A stretch of 64,000 bases of DNA. Origin: the human T2T-CHM13v2.0 reference genome, Homo sapiens. The stretch lies in assembly GCF_009914755.1 (NCBI RefSeq), contig NC_060929.1. The stretch is one strand, 5' to 3'. Position numbers and translations under genes: made by a program. Of the stretch, positions 48,206-61,669 are shown piece by piece; position 1 is the stretch's first letter; every line of letters begins with the position of its first letter. The notes beneath the pieces were generated by a model. It was not told where the DNA came from. It ran no database searches and saw only the letters and a list, made by a program, of their open reading frames with translations.

Positions 48206-49016
48206 TCTATGAATATCTTTTTTAGATACGAGATTTTGTTTTTGCAATTACAGCAATAATCTACAAGAGACAGTCTTCTACAACTCTCCACATACTTCTG
48301 TGAGACTTATTTTGGATAGAGTAACTGTACATCTCATTTGAACTGGGCAATTTTGATTTACATGTATTGTAGATTCATTAAAGTCATTTTTTATAGCATC
48401 TTTTTACATGCAACAATAGATTTTAGAGCATAATCCTGGAGTAGAAATATTGGATTTCAGTGATACATGTATTCTATTTCAATAAATACTTTAAAATATT
48501 TTTCAAAATTCAACACCACTTTATGCAAAATACTCTCAATAAACTAGGTATTGATGGAATGTATCTCAAAATAATAAGAGCTATTTATGACAATGCACAG
48601 TCAATAACATACTGAATGAGCAAAAGCTGGAAGCACTCCCTTTGAAAACTGGCACAAGACAAAGATGTCCTCTCTTTCAACATAGTATTGAAAGTTCTGG
48701 CCAGGGCAATTGGCAAGAGAAAGAAATAAAGTGTATTCAAATATGAAGAGAGGAAGTCAAATTGTCTCTGTTTGTAGATGACACGATTGTATATTTAGAA
48801 AACCCCATCATCTCAGCACAAAATGTCCTTTAGCTGATAAGCAACTTCAGCAAAGTCTCAGGATACAAAATCTATGTGCAAAAATCACAAGCATTCCTAT
48901 ACACCAATAATATACAAAATGAGAGCCAAATCATGTGTGAACCCCCATTCATAATTGCTACTAAGAGAGTAAAATACCTAGGAATACAACTTACAGGGGA
49001 TGTGAAGGACCTTTTC

Positions 49017-49052
49017 AAAAACAAACAAACAAACAAACAAACAAACAAAAAA
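49017..49052 (+). repeat. (AAAC)n microsatellite inside L1PA7 ORF2
   Basis: Replaces the short text (AGGAG) seen at the homologous spot of the 38876 L1 (ttcaaggagaactac). Confidence 0.85.
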
Positions 49053-50002
49053 CTACCAAACACTGCTCAAGGAAATAAGAGAGGACACAAACAAATGCAA
49101 AAACATTCCATGCTCATGGATAGGAAGAATCAATATTGTGAAAAAGGCCATGCAGCCCAAATTAATTTATAGATTCAATGCTATCCCTGTCAAGCCACCA
49201 TTGACTTTCTTCACAGAATTAGAAAAATCTATTTTAAATTTCATATGGAACCAAAAAAGAGCCCATATAGCCAAGACAATCCTAAGCAAAAAGAACAAAG
49301 CTGGAGGCATCAAGCTACCTGACTTCAAACTATACTACAAGGCTACAGTAACCAAAACAGCATGGTACTGATAACAAAACAGATACATAGACCAATGGAA
49401 TAGAACAGAGGCCTCAGAAATAATGCTACACATCTACAACCGTCTGATCTTTGACAAACCTGACAAAAACATGCAATGGGGAAAGGATTCCATATTTAAT
49501 AAATGGTGTTGGGAAAACTGGCTAGCCATACGCAGAAAACTGAAACTGGACCCCTTCCTTACACCTTATACAAAAATTAACTCAAGATGGATTAATGAAT
49601 TAAAGACTTAAACATAAGAACTAAAACCATTAAAACCCTAGAAGAAAATCTAGGCAATGCCATTCAGATCATAGGCGTGGGCAAAGACTTCATGACTAAA
49701 ACACCAAAAGCAATGGCAAGAGAAGCCAAAATTGACAAATGAAATCTAATTAAACTAAAGAGCTTCTGCACAGCAAAAGAAACTGTCATTAGAGTGAACA
49801 AGCAACATACAGAATGGGAGGAAATTTTTACAAGCTATCCATCTGACAAAGGGCTGATATGCAGAATCTATAAAGAACTTAAACAAATTTACAAGAAAAA
49901 AAAACAAAGAACGCCATCAAAAAGTGGGTGAAGGATATGAATAGACACTTTTCATAAGAAGACATTTATGAGGCCCACAAACATATGAAAAAAATCTCAT
50001 CA

Positions 50003-50144
50003 GCTGGGCACGGTGGCTCACGCCTGTAATCCCAGCATTTTGGGAGGCTGAGGTGAGCGGATCATAAGGTCAGGAGATTGAGACCAATCTGGCCAACATG
50101 GTGAAACGCTGTCTCTACTAAAAAATAAACTAATTAATTAATTT
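50003..50144 (+). mobile_element. Alu left monomer only (AluSc-like)
   Basis: GCTGGGCACGGTGGCTCACGCC...GTCTCTACTAAAAAAT, then an AT tail; TSD AAAAAAA(TC/GT)TCATCA. Confidence 0.88.
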
Positions 50145-50235
50145 AAAAAAAGTTCATCATTACTGGTCATTAGAGAAACGCAAATCAAAACCATAATGAG
50201 ATACCATCTCACATTGGTTAGAATGTCGGTCATTA

Positions 50236-50318
50236 CACACCAGTGCACTCCAGCCTGGCAAAAGAGTGAGACTCCTTCTCACTCATCTCAAAACAAACAA
50301 ACAAACAAACACAAAAAC
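50236..50318 (+). mobile_element. Alu 3'-terminal fragment with an (AAAC)n tail
   Basis: CCAGTGCACTCCAGCCTGGCAAAAGAGTGAGACTCC; TSD AGAATG(TCGG/GCAA)TCATTA. Confidence 0.85.
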
Positions 50319-51347
50319 AGAATGGCAATCATTAAAAATCAGGAAACAACAGATGCTGGAGAGGATGTGGAGAAATAGGAACATTTTACACTGTTGGTGG
50401 GAGTGTAAATTAGTTCAACCACTGTGGAAGACAGTGTGGTGACTCCTCAAGGATCTAGAACCAGAAATATCATTTGACCCAGCAATCCCATTTCTGGGTA
50501 CATACTGAAAGGTTTATAAATCATTCTATTATAAAGACACATGGACACGTATGTTTATTGCAGCACTGTTCACAATAGCAAAGACTTGGAACCAACCCAA
50601 ATGCTCATCAATGACGACTAGATAAAGAAAATATGGCATATATACACTGTGGAATACTATGCGGCCATAAGAAAGGATGAGTTCATGTCCTTTGCGGGGA
50701 CATGGATGAAGCTGGAAACCATCATTCTCAGCAAACTAAGACAAGAACAGAAAACCAAACACGACATGTTCTCACTCACAAGTGAAAGTTGAACAATGAG
50801 AACACATGGACACAGGAAGGGGAACGTCTCACACTGGGGCCTGTTGTGGGGTGGGGGACTAGGGGACGGATAGCATTAGGAGAAATACCTAATGTAGATG
50901 ATGGGTTGATGGGTGCACACAAACCACCATGGCACATATATATCTATGTGACAAACCTGCACATTCTGCACATGTATCCCAGAACTTAAAGTATAATAAA
51001 AAAAATTTTTTTAATAAAAAATAAAAAAATAAAAAGGCAAAAAAATTATTCAAAAGTACACTGTCAGTTTTCACTCCCACTAAAATTTTGTTTACATAAC
51101 TGCCATGCCACTGTCTGGTGTCTGACTTTATAAACTTTTAGCATTGAGATGGTATGAAGTAATATCTCTATATCAAATAAAGTCTTTTCTTAGAATTAAT
51201 AAAGTTGTGCAATTCACCTGTGGTATCAAGAATTCAGGATTCCTTACCCCCAAAATTCCCTTGGATACATCATCCAAGATGATGTATCTACTTGGTTATG
51301 ACTGCTTTTTATGTTGATTTTTGGTGGTCATTAACATGTTCTAGATC

Positions 51348-51547
51348 AGGATTCAACAGTCTACAACTTGTGAGCCAAACCTGTTTTTGTAAACAAAGTT
51401 TGATTGGAACGATATCAGTTCAGTTCCATCTTGTCTACAGCTGCTTTCAAGCTACAATGGTAAAGCTGATTAGTTACAACATGGACAGTATGATCACAAG
51501 CCTAGATTATTTACCGTGTTGCCCTTTCAAAAGTTTGCGGACCCCTG
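51348..51547 (+). mobile_element. MER58A hAT-Charlie MITE
   Basis: cctgtttttgtaaacaaagtttgattggaac...tacagctgctttca...aaaagtttgcggacccctg. Confidence 0.75.
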
Positions 51548-52265
51548 TTCCTAAACAAACCACCATTTTGGTTTATGTAGGATAAAAATATACTTTCCTG
51601 TTTGGTCGCCTGTCTCTTCTTTCTTGTATCTTCTTTAACTTAATGTAGCTAACTCTATTAGGTTTTACATGTTAGAGAAATTTTCTTTATGACATTGCAA
51701 CAAGAAACATTAATAAGCAGTATAAGAATTAGGAAGAAGAGATAGTTTTCATCGTGTGCTGGTACTATATTAATATATAAAATACTTTTAATAACAAAAA
51801 TTCAAAATAATCATTGACAAGCTTATGGTCTAAAAGTGAGTATAAAATGGCTACGTAAAAGTCAAAACATAAATCCATAACTTTCCACAAAAAGTAATAG
51901 GAAATACCAGAGGAAACTAAGATACTATTTGCTTTAGCATTAGTCTATAACCCACGTGGGATTAATTTAGAGATAGAATTATTTATGAATAAATTGTAAA
52001 AGTCACAAAAGAATGACTAACTGGAGGAACATAACATTATAAATATGTCTATATTCCCCAAATTAATAAGATATTTAATATGTCCATTAATAACCCAGTG
52101 ATATTTGATGAGTATTGGACAAAATATTTTAAAAATATATGTAAATATAAGAAAGTCTCCAACTCGCTAAGATAATTCTGTAAAGGAAGACAAGAGATAT
52201 CCCTCCAATCTTCTAGAAAGTAACTTTCAAGCCATAGTAATAAAGGCTGAAAAGTACCCTGAAAG

Positions 52266-52469
52266 CAGTGGTTCTCAGCCAGAAGCAATTTTATCCTTCA
52301 TGGGACATTTGGAAGTTTGGAGACATTTTTCACGTCACAAGACTGGGGAGGGTGTGCGTGTGGTTGATGGAGGCTGGGGTGCTCTTTAATACTGTAAAAC
52401 ACAGGATATCTGTAACAACCAAGAATTATCTAGTCCAATTGTCAGTTATACTGAGGTTGAAAAACCTTG
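52266..52469 (+). mobile_element. MER20 hAT-Charlie MITE
   Basis: cagtggttctca...gggacatttgga..tggagacattttt...aagaattatctagtcc...tgaggttgaaaaaccttg. Confidence 0.8.
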
Positions 52470-53964
52470 CTGTAAAGGAATAGAGAAATGGACTCATACT
52501 GTGGACAGACTGTGATAATGGAAAATGTGAGTTACCCTATAGGGAAAAGAAAACTAGATCATTAATCAGACTAAATCTGAAAAACAATGCTTCCAGATGG
52601 ATTAAAGATACAAACATAAATGGCTGAAGTATGGCACTATTGTAGAACAACACGGTGAATATCTTTCAAGTAGTCTTCCCTAATCTGAAGTCAAAGTAAG
52701 TCCCGCAGTAATTATTTGACTGCAGAAATATTAGTATTTACCTGATTGCTTCTTTGATTAAAACCTATCATAGGAATCTCAATGCCTACCAGATGAAGTT
52801 TAAAATTTTAGCCTCTTTCCACTTGATGAAATAATGGTAACACTTTCTAACATCTTAGTTTTCTCTGCCTTTCTTGGCTTCTGATGGAGTCGGATGCTCT
52901 GATCCAGATGTTTTTTTTATATATATCTATATAATATATACACTGAGCTATCACTGCACTTACAATCCTTTGTTAACTTTTTTTAAAAGTCTTTCTTTGC
53001 TATTAGATGAAGAAGTTCCCCTGGGGTGATGCTGGTGACCCTCACATTTCCCGCCTTGCACTGAGCACAATGTCGAAGGTGAAGCAGCCAGACCCATGTT
53101 TTCAATTTAATGAATTGATTAACCTTTATTATTTCCATGTAACCTCTTTTCTCACCCTCTCACAGGCTGACAAAGATGAACGACTACAATCAATTCTATA
53201 ACTGCAAACTCAGACCTATTAAATAAAAGTTCATTTCTGCTTCTCAATCTTGGAGGCTATTGTGGGCCTCACTAAAAATCGACAAGTGAAAAATTCTGAA
53301 ATAAATGAGTCTTAATAACACAACTTAGAAACCAGTGCTCTTATAATCAAATGGATAACTTAATTTATTATATACCATTAAAATATTTCAAAATAGAATC
53401 AAATCATGACACAAACCCAAAGTGAAAAAAGCATTTTATTTTCATACAAATTTTATCACACAGTTTTATTTGTCTTGGACATTGCACATCAAGTCCTCTT
53501 ATTCATTTTTATTTTAATCAGACAAGATTTTTCAGAACCTTGCCTACTTTTGAAACAACGTCATTCAAAGTAGATGTTAGTGGTCCAGTTTACACTTTAG
53601 ATCATGTACAGACAAAATAAGAATGAACGTTGAACACAGGATGTGGAAGGGGCGCAAGTTAGTGTCTACATTTAGAACCTCCAGTAGTTCTTACAAACAT
53701 AAGCTTAATTTTACAGTACAGGAGGGCTCAAAGATCTGTACCATTGCCACATGGTGGGGCCTGTATGCCCCTGTGATGGCTGAAAGTTGATCTTGTGCCT
53801 CAATTACACAATGATTGGTTCCACCATGTAATGAGAAAATCTCAACGGGCTACTAGTTAACTACCAAGCCTTGTTATTTTCGGAGTATCTTGCATCTTTC
53901 CAGCAGTAGCTTATTTAGGGGAGGCAGGTAGGAAATGTCCTCCCACTTAGGAAGCTTCAGAACA

Positions 53965-54668
53965 TGTTACAGTAGGTAATTAGGCAAACATGAGCAGGGC
54001 AGAAGAGGGCCCCACACCAGTATTGTCAGGAGACCATCCAGTGATGGTCAGGTGGTTGTTAAACTGTCTCTTTAAAATAATAATTGGTTGTAGTTGGCAC
54101 CAGGGAGAGGCAGTCTCCTAACAGATAGAAAAGCCTGAAACTGGTGATCAGCAGCTTCCTAATAATATCTCAGGAGTTGGATGAGTGGGCTCAAGCATAC
54201 ACACTGAGAGGCAAAAATGGTGGCATCTGACTGCTATACGATCTTCCTCTAGGAACATTCAGCTGGCAAGGGAAAATGCCTCAAGTGAGTATGTTCACAA
54301 CTCCAGTAATCACACTGCGCATGCGGCCCCTCCCAAGTGCTGGCAGGTCACTGCACATACTGACAGCCTACTGCAATGAAAGAATCAGGGGAGAATGGAC
54401 ACAAGACCCCGGAAGGATGCCAATGTATGAAACCCCAAGTCAAAGCAACCTATGTACTTGGATCTCTCAAGTTGCCCACTTGGCCCTCTTCCAAGTGTAC
54501 CTTACTTCCTTTTGTTCCTGCTCTAAAACCTTTTAATAAACTTTCACTCCTGCTTTAAAACTTGCTTCAGTCTCTCCCTCTACCTCATGTTCCTTGGTCA
54601 AATTCTTTCTTCTGAGGAGGCGAGAATTGAGGTTGCTGTAGACGCGTGTAGATTCACCAGTGCTAACA
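53965..54668 (+). mobile_element. MER50-family ERV1 solo LTR
   Basis: tgttacagtaggtaattaggcaaacatgagcagggc...AATAAA...gaggttgctgtagac...gctaaca; exact 4-bp TSD AACA. Confidence 0.85.
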
Positions 54669-56501
54669 AACACAGTTTACTGAACTGTTGCAGGTTCCAC
54701 CCTCACTTCCGTGAAAGCAACGTGAGCCAATTGTGACCCATCATGTCAGTAGTTTCAGTGGTGGGATTGCATGAAAAACACAATGGTGAAACTCATTCCT
54801 TTTAAATGACAGTTCTGTACAAGTGTTCCTTCCTACTGAGATTCCCATGACGTTCGTCTCCAGGGTTGCGTTAGCATTTCTCCAAGGAAGCTTGTCCCAG
54901 CCCTTTGAGTAGGAGCTGCACTGCAGGGCTGGAATGATGGGTTGGAAGGTCGCTCTCACTAATATGAGCTATGGTGACTTCGTGCAAGTGAATTGTGAAC
55001 AGTAATTCAGCTGAACTAAATGGGAGCACTCAGGAAAACTTAAGGCAAAGGGGAAAAAGGAGTTAGAGTAGACATGAGACTCACAAAGCTTACGTGGGAT
55101 TTCTTGAGAAAGAGCCTCCTCAGGTACTCAGTTGATGGCCCATGGCAAGACTGAAATTATTGCCAAGTTCGCTAGTGAGTGGGATTTAAGATAATAAAAA
55201 CTCCACATTGCTAAAAGCCAAAAAGCCAAACTTTGTGCCATGTTTTATGTCAGAAAATGTGCTTATAGAATGCCACATAGGCCAAAGTTCACACTTATTT
55301 TTTTTTCTCAATTTGAAAAGGAAGTGGGGGTTACAACAATGTCTCACATATCCCACTGTGTATTTACAGTGGAGTTAGTTTTTCCAAGCCAGAAAAACAA
55401 GACCCCTCAGCTGTCAGATATCAAACTGGATCAACATTACCGATGCATTAGTAGATAATTCTCCGTATTAGTTCTCATGTTTCTATTACGTATAACTTAC
55501 TTTTTAACCACAGCTTTGCTTTAAACTATAATTAAAAAGTCAACTGAATCTCTGTGAAAACAAATGGCTCCTGAGATTTTGAAACTACCAGAAACTACCA
55601 GAAATTTAAACAGCCTCAGGAGACAGCACCTACAGGAATAATGACAAGCCTGTAGATTGCATACCGAAAATTACTTAGTTGTTAACTAATTTATGACTTG
55701 GAATTTTGATAATAACTTTCAGCCAGTAGGGTCATTGTGAAGACTTTAAAACTGCTGTGCAAGTCAGAATGTGACTCAGCCACAGAGAACTGAGACTTTT
55801 TCAATCTGAGGGCATGGTGGGAGGTGGGTCCTTCCTAACTACCTTGTGGGGGTACAGGAAGAAAGAGAAAGATCCCCACAGAGGCTGACTGTGTTGGCCT
55901 AAGTGTGGGGATTTCCACCAAGCACCCTAGTGATGCCCATGCTGCTGGCCTAAGGACCTTGCTGTGGGCACCACAGGACTTGGGACTTCACCCCTCAGAG
56001 TGGGAAGCTTCTCTTCCTCATCTGGCCTGTGCTGGAACCCACGGTGAACGGCTTCTTGGAGCAGAATGTGCAACTCTGACAGAGAGTAAATTCTTCCTCA
56101 TGTTAAACTGAGGATTGCGCAACCCCTGATATGGCAGTCTTGCTGATACAACTTGCTGCAAAGAGACACCCACACTTTTCCCAGGGCTGAGAAGACAAGC
56201 AGTTGATGATCTATATTGTGGCTGTACTTGTGAACCTGGGAGCTGACAGGCAGGATCACTGAACCCCTCCCTCAAATCTGAGGAAGTCTAAGGGCTATGA
56301 TCCCTGTGGTCAGCTGGCCGAGGCATTCTCCCTAGAAACAGGCCTCTGCATGGATTCAAGTTCACTGATTTGCTGAAGAGTTGTTAGGATTCTGTCCAGG
56401 AGGGACAGACATTCCACCCTCACTCTCATCAACCCCCAAAACGTGTAGGTTTGGATAAATCCCAGGGATCATCCTCAATTGGCCCATTTAAAGATAGAGA
56501 A

Positions 56502-56802
56502 GTCTGGGCACAGTGGTTCACGCCTGTAATCCTAGCACTTTGGGAGGCCGAGGCAGGTGGATCACAAGGTCAGGAGTTCGAGACCAGCCTGACTAACATG
56601 GTGAAACCCCGTGTCTACTAAAAATACAAAAATTAGCTGGGCATGGTGGCACGCACCTGTAACCCCATCTACTCAGGAGGCTGAGGCAGGAGAATCACTT
56701 GAACCTAGGAGATGGAGGTTGCAGCAAGACGAGATTGCGCCACTGCACTCCAGCCTGGGTGACACAGCGAGACTCTGTCTCAGAAAAAAAAAAAAAAAAA
56801 AA
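56502..56802 (+). mobile_element. AluS (Sg-like)
   Basis: GGATCACAAGGTCAGGAGTTCGAGACC; TSD AAAGAT(AGA/GGG)GAAG. Confidence 0.93.
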
Positions 56803-57148
56803 GATGGGGAAGCAGAGGCTTTTGGAGAGGAAGAAACTCCCTTGGGATTCACATGTTGCGATTGAGGTTGCACCAAGACCAGTGTCAAGCGTGTGGCACC
56901 TTTTCCTTCACAATACACGACCTGAGACACTAAAGTTGACAGTATATTCTGGATTCAGTTAGATGCCTTTAGCTCATCACAGAAACCTTAAAACAGTGCT
57001 TTTAAAAATAAATTACCATGCAAGGAAAAACTGGATTCTTGTAAAACAGTAAGTACTATCTATGTATACAGGCTTAAGAATAAAAACAGATGTGTCAAGA
57101 AACGAAGTAAATCACCCACAGTCTGATCATAGTAAGACAATCCTGTCT

Positions 57149-57472
57149 TGTTGCAGACTAAAAGTTTGTGTCCCCCAAAACTCATATGTTGAAATCGAGT
57201 CCCCCATGTGATCATACTTGGAGGTGGGGCCTTTGGGAGGTAATTAGGTCATGAGAGTGGAGCCTCATAAGTGGATGAGTGCCCTTACGAAAAGAGGACC
57301 TGGAGCCAGCTCACTTTCTCACTGCCATGTGGGGCACAAGAGGGGCTTCACCAGAAGCTGACCACGCTGGCACTCTGATCTCAGACTTCCAGTCTCCGGA
57401 ACTGCGAGAAATAAATGTTTGCTGTTTACCAGTCGGTGATAATTTTCCCAGCAGCTAGGGTTGACTGAGACA
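57149..57472 (+). mobile_element. MLT1A/MLT1A0 MaLR solo LTR
   Basis: tgtcccccaaaactcatatgttgaaa...ggaggtggggcctttgggaggtaattaggtcatgag...gactgagaca; TSD TGTCT/TGGCT. Confidence 0.85.
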
Positions 57473-58879
57473 TGGCTGGAAAAGAGGCCAAGCATCATCA
57501 TGGCCAAACTTCTTCTCTTCTTAGAGCCAACACTTCCTCAGGGGGCACTTAACACCCCTGTCCCATCACACTCCACTTACTGAAGCAAATTCTCCCACCT
57601 GATCACATACAGATGGGCCGGCTCTGAGGAGACATGCAATCTCCTTGTGAAACTCATCACTCTTGAAGCGTGATATGAAGCAATGTCCTTATAGTGCTCA
57701 CCTAAATGGATAAATGGCACCAGTCTTCTGATGGGAAAATCCACAGGAAAAGTTCAAGTCTTGACCCTAATTACAGAAGAAATGAGCTCACTGCAGTCAT
57801 GAAACTCTGAGTCTAGAAGTGTCATTTCCACACCGAGCCAGGCAGTTTCTTTATTCCCTGAACCATATGTTTATTTCTTAGCTGAACTATTCTGTGAGTG
57901 GTTGTCAAGAACTAAGATTTGTTAAATTTGTTTATTTTTGCTTTTCTCTCAGCTCAAAATTAGAAACATATGTTCATCACCTCCACATATGAGTAGTTCA
58001 GCATGAACTGTTTTTCTCATTTTATTCCGAGCAGATTAGTCAAAATAGTTCTCATTTCAATGTTGACCTGAAAAAAGTAAGACATGCTTGACTTATTTTA
58101 TTAATTGTGTTTCCTTTATAAACTAGCAAATGAACTTAATTAACTGAAATATGGCCGTGCATCTCAGTGACATAATGAGCGATACTTTCAGGTGAGAGAT
58201 GCTAAAGGCATCATTAAGCCTGTGGAAGCAACATGAAGAGACACATCAGAGGCATCAAGTCCCATAGTTCATGTCTGAAGTAGAGACTGCTAATGGAATC
58301 TGGGACTTTTCATCTCCAGTGTTCTGTCTTTAATGGGGCCATGGCTTCAGCTGAGAATAATTACCATCTGAAGACAGCTCCCAGGATGATCCATGGTGGG
58401 CTGGAGGAGCTGACACAAAATTTGCTTCTGGGTCAGCCCAGTGGGCATTGGACATTGAGTGTGCTGCCAGACGCTTCCCTGCAGGGGTGAAAGATCAGGA
58501 GCAATGAAGGCTATTGAGGAGCTCAGCTGTCATTTAGGGGCATTTAGGAAGGCAGATGGCCACGTCTTGGTCCAAAATTGATGCCATAGGTTGAGAGTTT
58601 TCTATAAAGGAATCTTGGACTTACATGACAAAAAAAATAAAAAAGGATAAACAGTAGTTATCACTGCATTGTATTTCAGAAACAGAGTATTTCAGGAGTT
58701 GAGAAGAAAAGGAAGGCAAAATGATCTATTTGGTACCAAGCTCACCTGTGTGCCCTCCAATCTCTCTGGCTCTCTCTTCTCTGTCTCTTTGTCCTTGTCT
58801 CTGTCTGTCTGTTTCTCTCTCTGTATATATATTCGTACTCACACCGACATACACATGCATATATATGCAAGATTTATTA

Positions 58880-59012
58880 TTTAGTTATCACAGAAACCCT
58901 ATGAGTTAAGCATTTAAGTAACTTAATTTTATCTAGAAATGGAGGCTTAAATTGTTATTATAACTCATGCAAGTTTCTATAGATATTAAGTGGCACAGTA
59001 AGAATTAAAGCT
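58880..59012 (-). mobile_element. Degenerate MIR
   Basis: cacagaaaccctatgag...gaaatggaggct...aagtggcacagtaagaatt. Confidence 0.45.
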
Positions 59013-59804
59013 ATCTATCTACTTATGTCTATTTATCCATCATCTATTGATTATATATCAGTCATTGTCTCTCTCTCTATATATATACGTATATATTTTA
59101 TATATATATATATGTATATATCAATTTTTATCATTGGTCTTATTTTTACAATCTAGCCCACTGCCTGGCACAGATCAACAGATCAAGCACTCCATGAGTT
59201 GTATTCACCAAGTCCTGCTCTGACCCCCACCACCATGCCCATGCTCTTCCCCCATGTTCTTTTCACCACATCCCTGTGTCTCAACATTTCTGAAGATCCT
59301 GGAGGTCTTCTCTCACCATTTCTTCTCCAGGAGCTTCATTCTCTTGTATGATTTTCCATCTAAGGCTAAGAGATGATGGAGAGGTCAAGGACCTGCATAA
59401 GTAAATTACTGTCTATGACTAGCACTATTCTTAGCCTTGGAGAGGCAGAGATCAGTTAGGAAAAGGAGGTACAGAAGAAATAATTATTATAGTGCCTGCT
59501 TCCAAAAAATGTACTGTCACTCATTCATTCACTCCACACCCTTTCACTGAGCACGTACCTCATGGTTAACATCATTCTGGGTGGTGGCAACAAGCATAAA
59601 AAGCATCTTCGCCACCTTTGAGAAGCTTCTATTCCAGTGGCCCCTGTGTCTGGCCCCTTCAGCACAGCCAGCTCTCCTCTGCACCATACCTGTGAGCCCA
59701 TCAAAGTCAAATGTTGCTGGAATTTTGCAGGACCTGCCCCAGGTGCTTCACTCTCGTGTTAGTATCAGTAGTTAAATCTGTAGTGGCTGTCCATGCTGGG
59801 GCAC

Positions 59805-59880
59805 ACGTAATCTCACAGAAACCCTATTAAATGTGTACTGTCACTGTCTCCATTTCACAGGTGAAGAAACAGAGGCTCAG
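59805..59880 (-). mobile_element. MIR core fragment
   Basis: ctccatttcacaggtgaagaaacagaggctcag. Confidence 0.6.
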
Positions 59881-59889
59881 CCATTTCTA

Positions 59890-60100
59890 AAGCACAGTGA
59901 TAAAGCATGTGAACTGTGGGATTTGCCTACCTGGGTTCAGGTGCAGCCCTGACACTGACAGCTATGGGGGTTTGGAAAGATTACTTATTCCTTCCTCACC
60001 TCAGATTCCTGGTTTGTAAAGTGGTCATAATACTGACACATACTTTAATGTGGAATTGGTATAGGAATTAAGTGCATTCATACATGTTTAGAACACTGTC
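59890..60100 (+). mobile_element. MIR SINE
   Basis: gcacagtgataaagca...cctgggttcag...cctcagattcctggtttgtaaagtgg...ttagaacactgtct. Confidence 0.6.
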
Positions 60101-60107
60101 TCGAATT

Positions 60108-60505
60108 GTATAATGGTTTTGAGTTGAATGATGGTACCCCCAAAAAAGATATGTCCAAGTTCTAACCCTGAGAAGACGACTTTGGAAAAAAGGTTCTTTG
60201 CAGATGCAGTTTTAAGGATCTCAAGATATGATTGTCCAGGATTAGGACAGGCCTAAATCTGGAGAAGAAGGCCATGGGAAGACGGAGGCAGAATTTGGAG
60301 TGATGCTTCTGTAAGCCAAAGAGTGCCACGGGTTGCAAGGAGGCACGGAGTAGATTCTCCTTCATAGTCCCTAGAAGAAACAGACCTGCCCATACCTTAA
60401 CTGCAGACTTCTGGTCTCCATACCTGTGAGAGTATATATATTTACGTTGAATTCAGTAACCACATTTGTGGTGATTAATATAGCAGTCACAGGACACTAA
60501 TGAGG
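60108..60505 (+). mobile_element. MLT1C/D-like MaLR LTR
   Basis: ccccaaaaaagatatgtccaagttctaaccc...ctttgcagatg...gaagacggaggcagaatttggagtgatg...gacttctggtctcca. Confidence 0.75.
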
Positions 60506-61669
60506 TAATTAACACCCACACCCACATAGACTTTTTAAAGCCAAATATCAGGTGTGACACCCCAAGGGCTCAACCTGCATCACATTTCGTCACCCAGGTC
60601 TTGATCTCATGACCTCCAGGTGCTGGTTCTGCACATAAGCCTCCATCCCTGCCCTTGACCCTTCTGTTGGCGATCAGGCTTCTTTCTGTACCTTACTGAG
60701 CTCGGCTTCCCACCTGGTGCTCCATTCTCTGTTTACTCCTGCTTTGAACTTTCCCCGGGAACTTCAGGTGAAAGATACACCTTTGCCAGATGCCTGCTTC
60801 TTGCTGAAACTCCCACTGGGTTAGCTCCTTATCTTCCCTTCCTCCTCCTCACCAGGTGGGTGCTGGGGCACGACGGGGGAACACAGCCATTGATAGCCTA
60901 TTGAGTTGCAAAGTGTACACTTTATGCACAATTAGTGAGTAGTTCAAGTAGCAAATAAATAGAAGCTAAGCTGAATAGAATGCAAAACAGAGGCAGCATA
61001 GGCACTATTTGCTGCAGTGGTTGGAGAGAGCACAAGGAGGAAGAGAAATATTAAGATGTGCAGTGAGGAGCAAGGGGCCCAGCCAGTCCAGGAAGCACCT
61101 CGGAGCTCAAGGCAGGGGAAGGGACAGAGAAAGAACAAGTTGGCCAAGACAGAGGGACAGATGAAACTTGGGAGGTCTTTCTAGGTGGAGGGTTTTCACA
61201 AAATATGGATTCAAATGGAAATAAAGAGTCCAATTTCCTGTACTGTTAAAATTTATAAAATATCTACATCTAGCATCCTTCCTTTGATCTATTTCAAGCC
61301 ACTACATAAAATATAAGAAATAATTTAAAGAAAAAGTTTCAGGTATTTTTTATTTAGAAATCAGTGTTCATAAAGTTTAAATATTTTAGAAAAGCATTTT
61401 CCTGTGATTTGTCAATGTGTAAAACACACCAAGTGTTAAAGCGAATTAGTCCCAAATTCCCACTCATTATAAAGAAGAGAGATACAAGTAGTCCTGACAT
61501 GACAACTGGACTCTGACTCTCTGGCTTGGTTATTCAATTTACAGAGCAGTTGAGGAAGTGAGCAGGTATGAATAGCCCTTAATAGTTTCTCCAAGTGTGA
61601 CAGACAGAGCCACTCTGGTCTCCGACTCAGTTGGGTTCAAGAAATGTTAATAAAACTTCTTCTGGCAAA

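Larger units (their letters stand above)
48505..51045 (+). mobile_element. 5'-truncated L1PA7-like LINE (RT C-terminus to 3'UTR) inserted in an ancient minus-strand L1M
   Basis: Decayed ORF2 peptides ([29 protein letters not shown]); 3'UTR ggagaaatacctaatgtagatgatgggttgatggg; TSD-like AAAAT..TTCAAAA. Confidence 0.92.
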
